Below, piece by piece: positions 62,422-64,000 of a stretch of 64,000 bases of DNA (position 1 is its first letter; every line of letters starts with the position of its first letter). The position numbers were made by a program, and so were the translations under genes. The notes under the pieces were generated by a model that searched no databases, was not told the origin of the DNA, and saw only the letters and a program-made list of their open reading frames with translations. Origin of the DNA: Octopus vulgaris (taxonomy: Eukaryota); assembly GCA_951406725.2 (NCBI GenBank), contig OX597814.1, forward strand, positions 68,138,001 to 68,202,000, given 5' to 3'.

Positions 62422-64000
62422 CACCAACAGACAACCCCTCTACCCCAACCATTTTTTAGACACAGCACACAGATACAGGCAAACAAAATAACACAGGACA
62501 GGGAAGAGAAACATAAACTAATTAAAGTCATCAATTTAACCAATACAGAACCCAACCCCAACCTTCTCAACTTACTCTCCAAAGGTCTGAAATTCACACC
62601 AACCCCCCCACGTCCAAACTACTACGAAATGAAGGAAGACATTACAGAATTTTGTAGAAAATTGCGACTTAGTGAGGAACTATTCGACCAGCACAAAGAG
62701 GATGAGTCACTAGCTGGAAATAAAAGCAACTACACCCCACGAAAAGGTAGAAATAAAATCCTAGACGAATTCTGTGAGCACATTACAAACTTCCCCTACC
62801 AACACTTACACAAACCAAAACCCAAACCAAACCTCAACAAGAAAGAGTGGGAAGAATTAAACAAATTAAAAAATGAAAGATCTATCACCATTAAAGAGGC
62901 CGATAAAGGAAGTGCAGTAGTCTTAATGGAGACAGAATACTATATCAACTTAGCACTCTCCACCTTGGAAAATGGAACATATTACGAAAAGGCTGAACAC
63001 TACAATCAACAGAAAATTATGAGAAACTTAAAAACCCTGATCAACCCCCACAAAGAAGAACTCACTAACAAAGAATTCAACTTCATCACAAATTTCACTA
63101 GTAAAACCAGCCTCTTCTACGGTATTCCCAAAATTCATAAAAGCGAATTAATAAGTAAGGCATGCAAGGAAGCCACAAACTCTGTAATCAATGTCCCCTC
63201 ACCAAATGACCTCAAATTGAGACCTATAATAGCAGGTCCCGCTTGCGAAACCCACCGCCTTAGCAACTTCATTGATACCCTTCTCAAGCCGTTCCTCAAA
63301 CACATTAAAAGCTACATAAGGGACGATCTAGATATGCTCAACCACCTCCCCAATACACTTCTTGCTGAACAAACCCTGCTAGTAACATTCGATGTAGTCA
63401 ATCTTTACTCCAACATCCCCCACAACCTAGGAATAGAAGCTATCCAATTCTGGCTGGATAATTACTCCAACGAACTCCCACACCGCATCAAAAAGGAATT
63501 TATTTTAGAAGGACTCAAATTCATCTTAGAGAATAATTTCTTCACCTTCAACAACAAATTCTACAGACAGAAATCAGGGACGGCAATGGGAACGAAAACA
63601 GCTCCCACTTACGCCAACTTAGTCATGGGATACCTGGAAATCACCCTCTATAATAACGTTCTTAACCAATTTGGCACCACTCTCCACACACACATAGAGA
63701 AGAACTGGAAGAGATATCTTGATGACTGCTTCATCCTTTGGCCCGAAACCGTCGAGAAGCTTAACGAATTTCACACTCTTATAAATGGGCTCAACACAAA
63801 CATTATTTTCACAATGGAATACAGCCCTCAACAAATTCCCTTCCTCGACATCCTCATTAAAATTCACAACAAAAAAATAGAAACAGACATATACTACAAG
63901 CCCACAGACTCCAAGCAATACCTCCCTTTCAATTCATGCCACCCTAGACACGTTAAAATTAACATTCCCTACAACTTAGCCAAGAGAATTTGCACTATAG
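62422..64000 (+). CDS. Penelope-like element reverse transcriptase, uninterrupted frame running off the window (element begins ~61540)
   Basis: Frame +1 open from 62422 to the end (526 codons; first ATG 62629): LLSKGLKFTP...EADKGSAVV...FYGIPKIHK...LRPIIAG...TFDVVNLYSNIP...GTAMG..APTYANL...RYLDDCF...IPFLDI...YYKPTD..YL...SCHP. Confidence 0.93.

Overview
Eukaryotic, very AT- and microsatellite-rich animal DNA. The SINE families and (TA)n/(TACA)n/(TAA)n content look most like an octopus or other coleoid genome; this is inference. The only host gene I can support is the 3' end of a CLC-family chloride channel/transporter on the - strand: a 99-nt exon (47715-47813) spliced across a ~23.9-kb intron to the CBS2-encoding last exon (23484-23798). 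Nearly everything else is transposon-derived: many Penelope-like elements (PLEs; RT and/or GIY-YIG), R4/Dong fragments, near full-length RTE and CR1-type LINEs, a mariner, a pogo relic, Helitron derivatives and SINEs. One PLE has an uninterrupted 526-codon RT frame at the right edge that the ORF track missed. The most interesting layer is RNA structure. About a dozen minimal hammerhead-ribozyme (HHR) motifs sit in PLE 3' regions, several with non-standard cores. One candidate HHR (25064-25210, - strand, sense to the CLC intron) has a canonical core but its three strands in reversed, pseudoknotted order. There are also many fold-back palindromes, including a spacer-less 1.5-kb one carrying two opposed HHRs. 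All structures were read by eye and none has been computed or tested.
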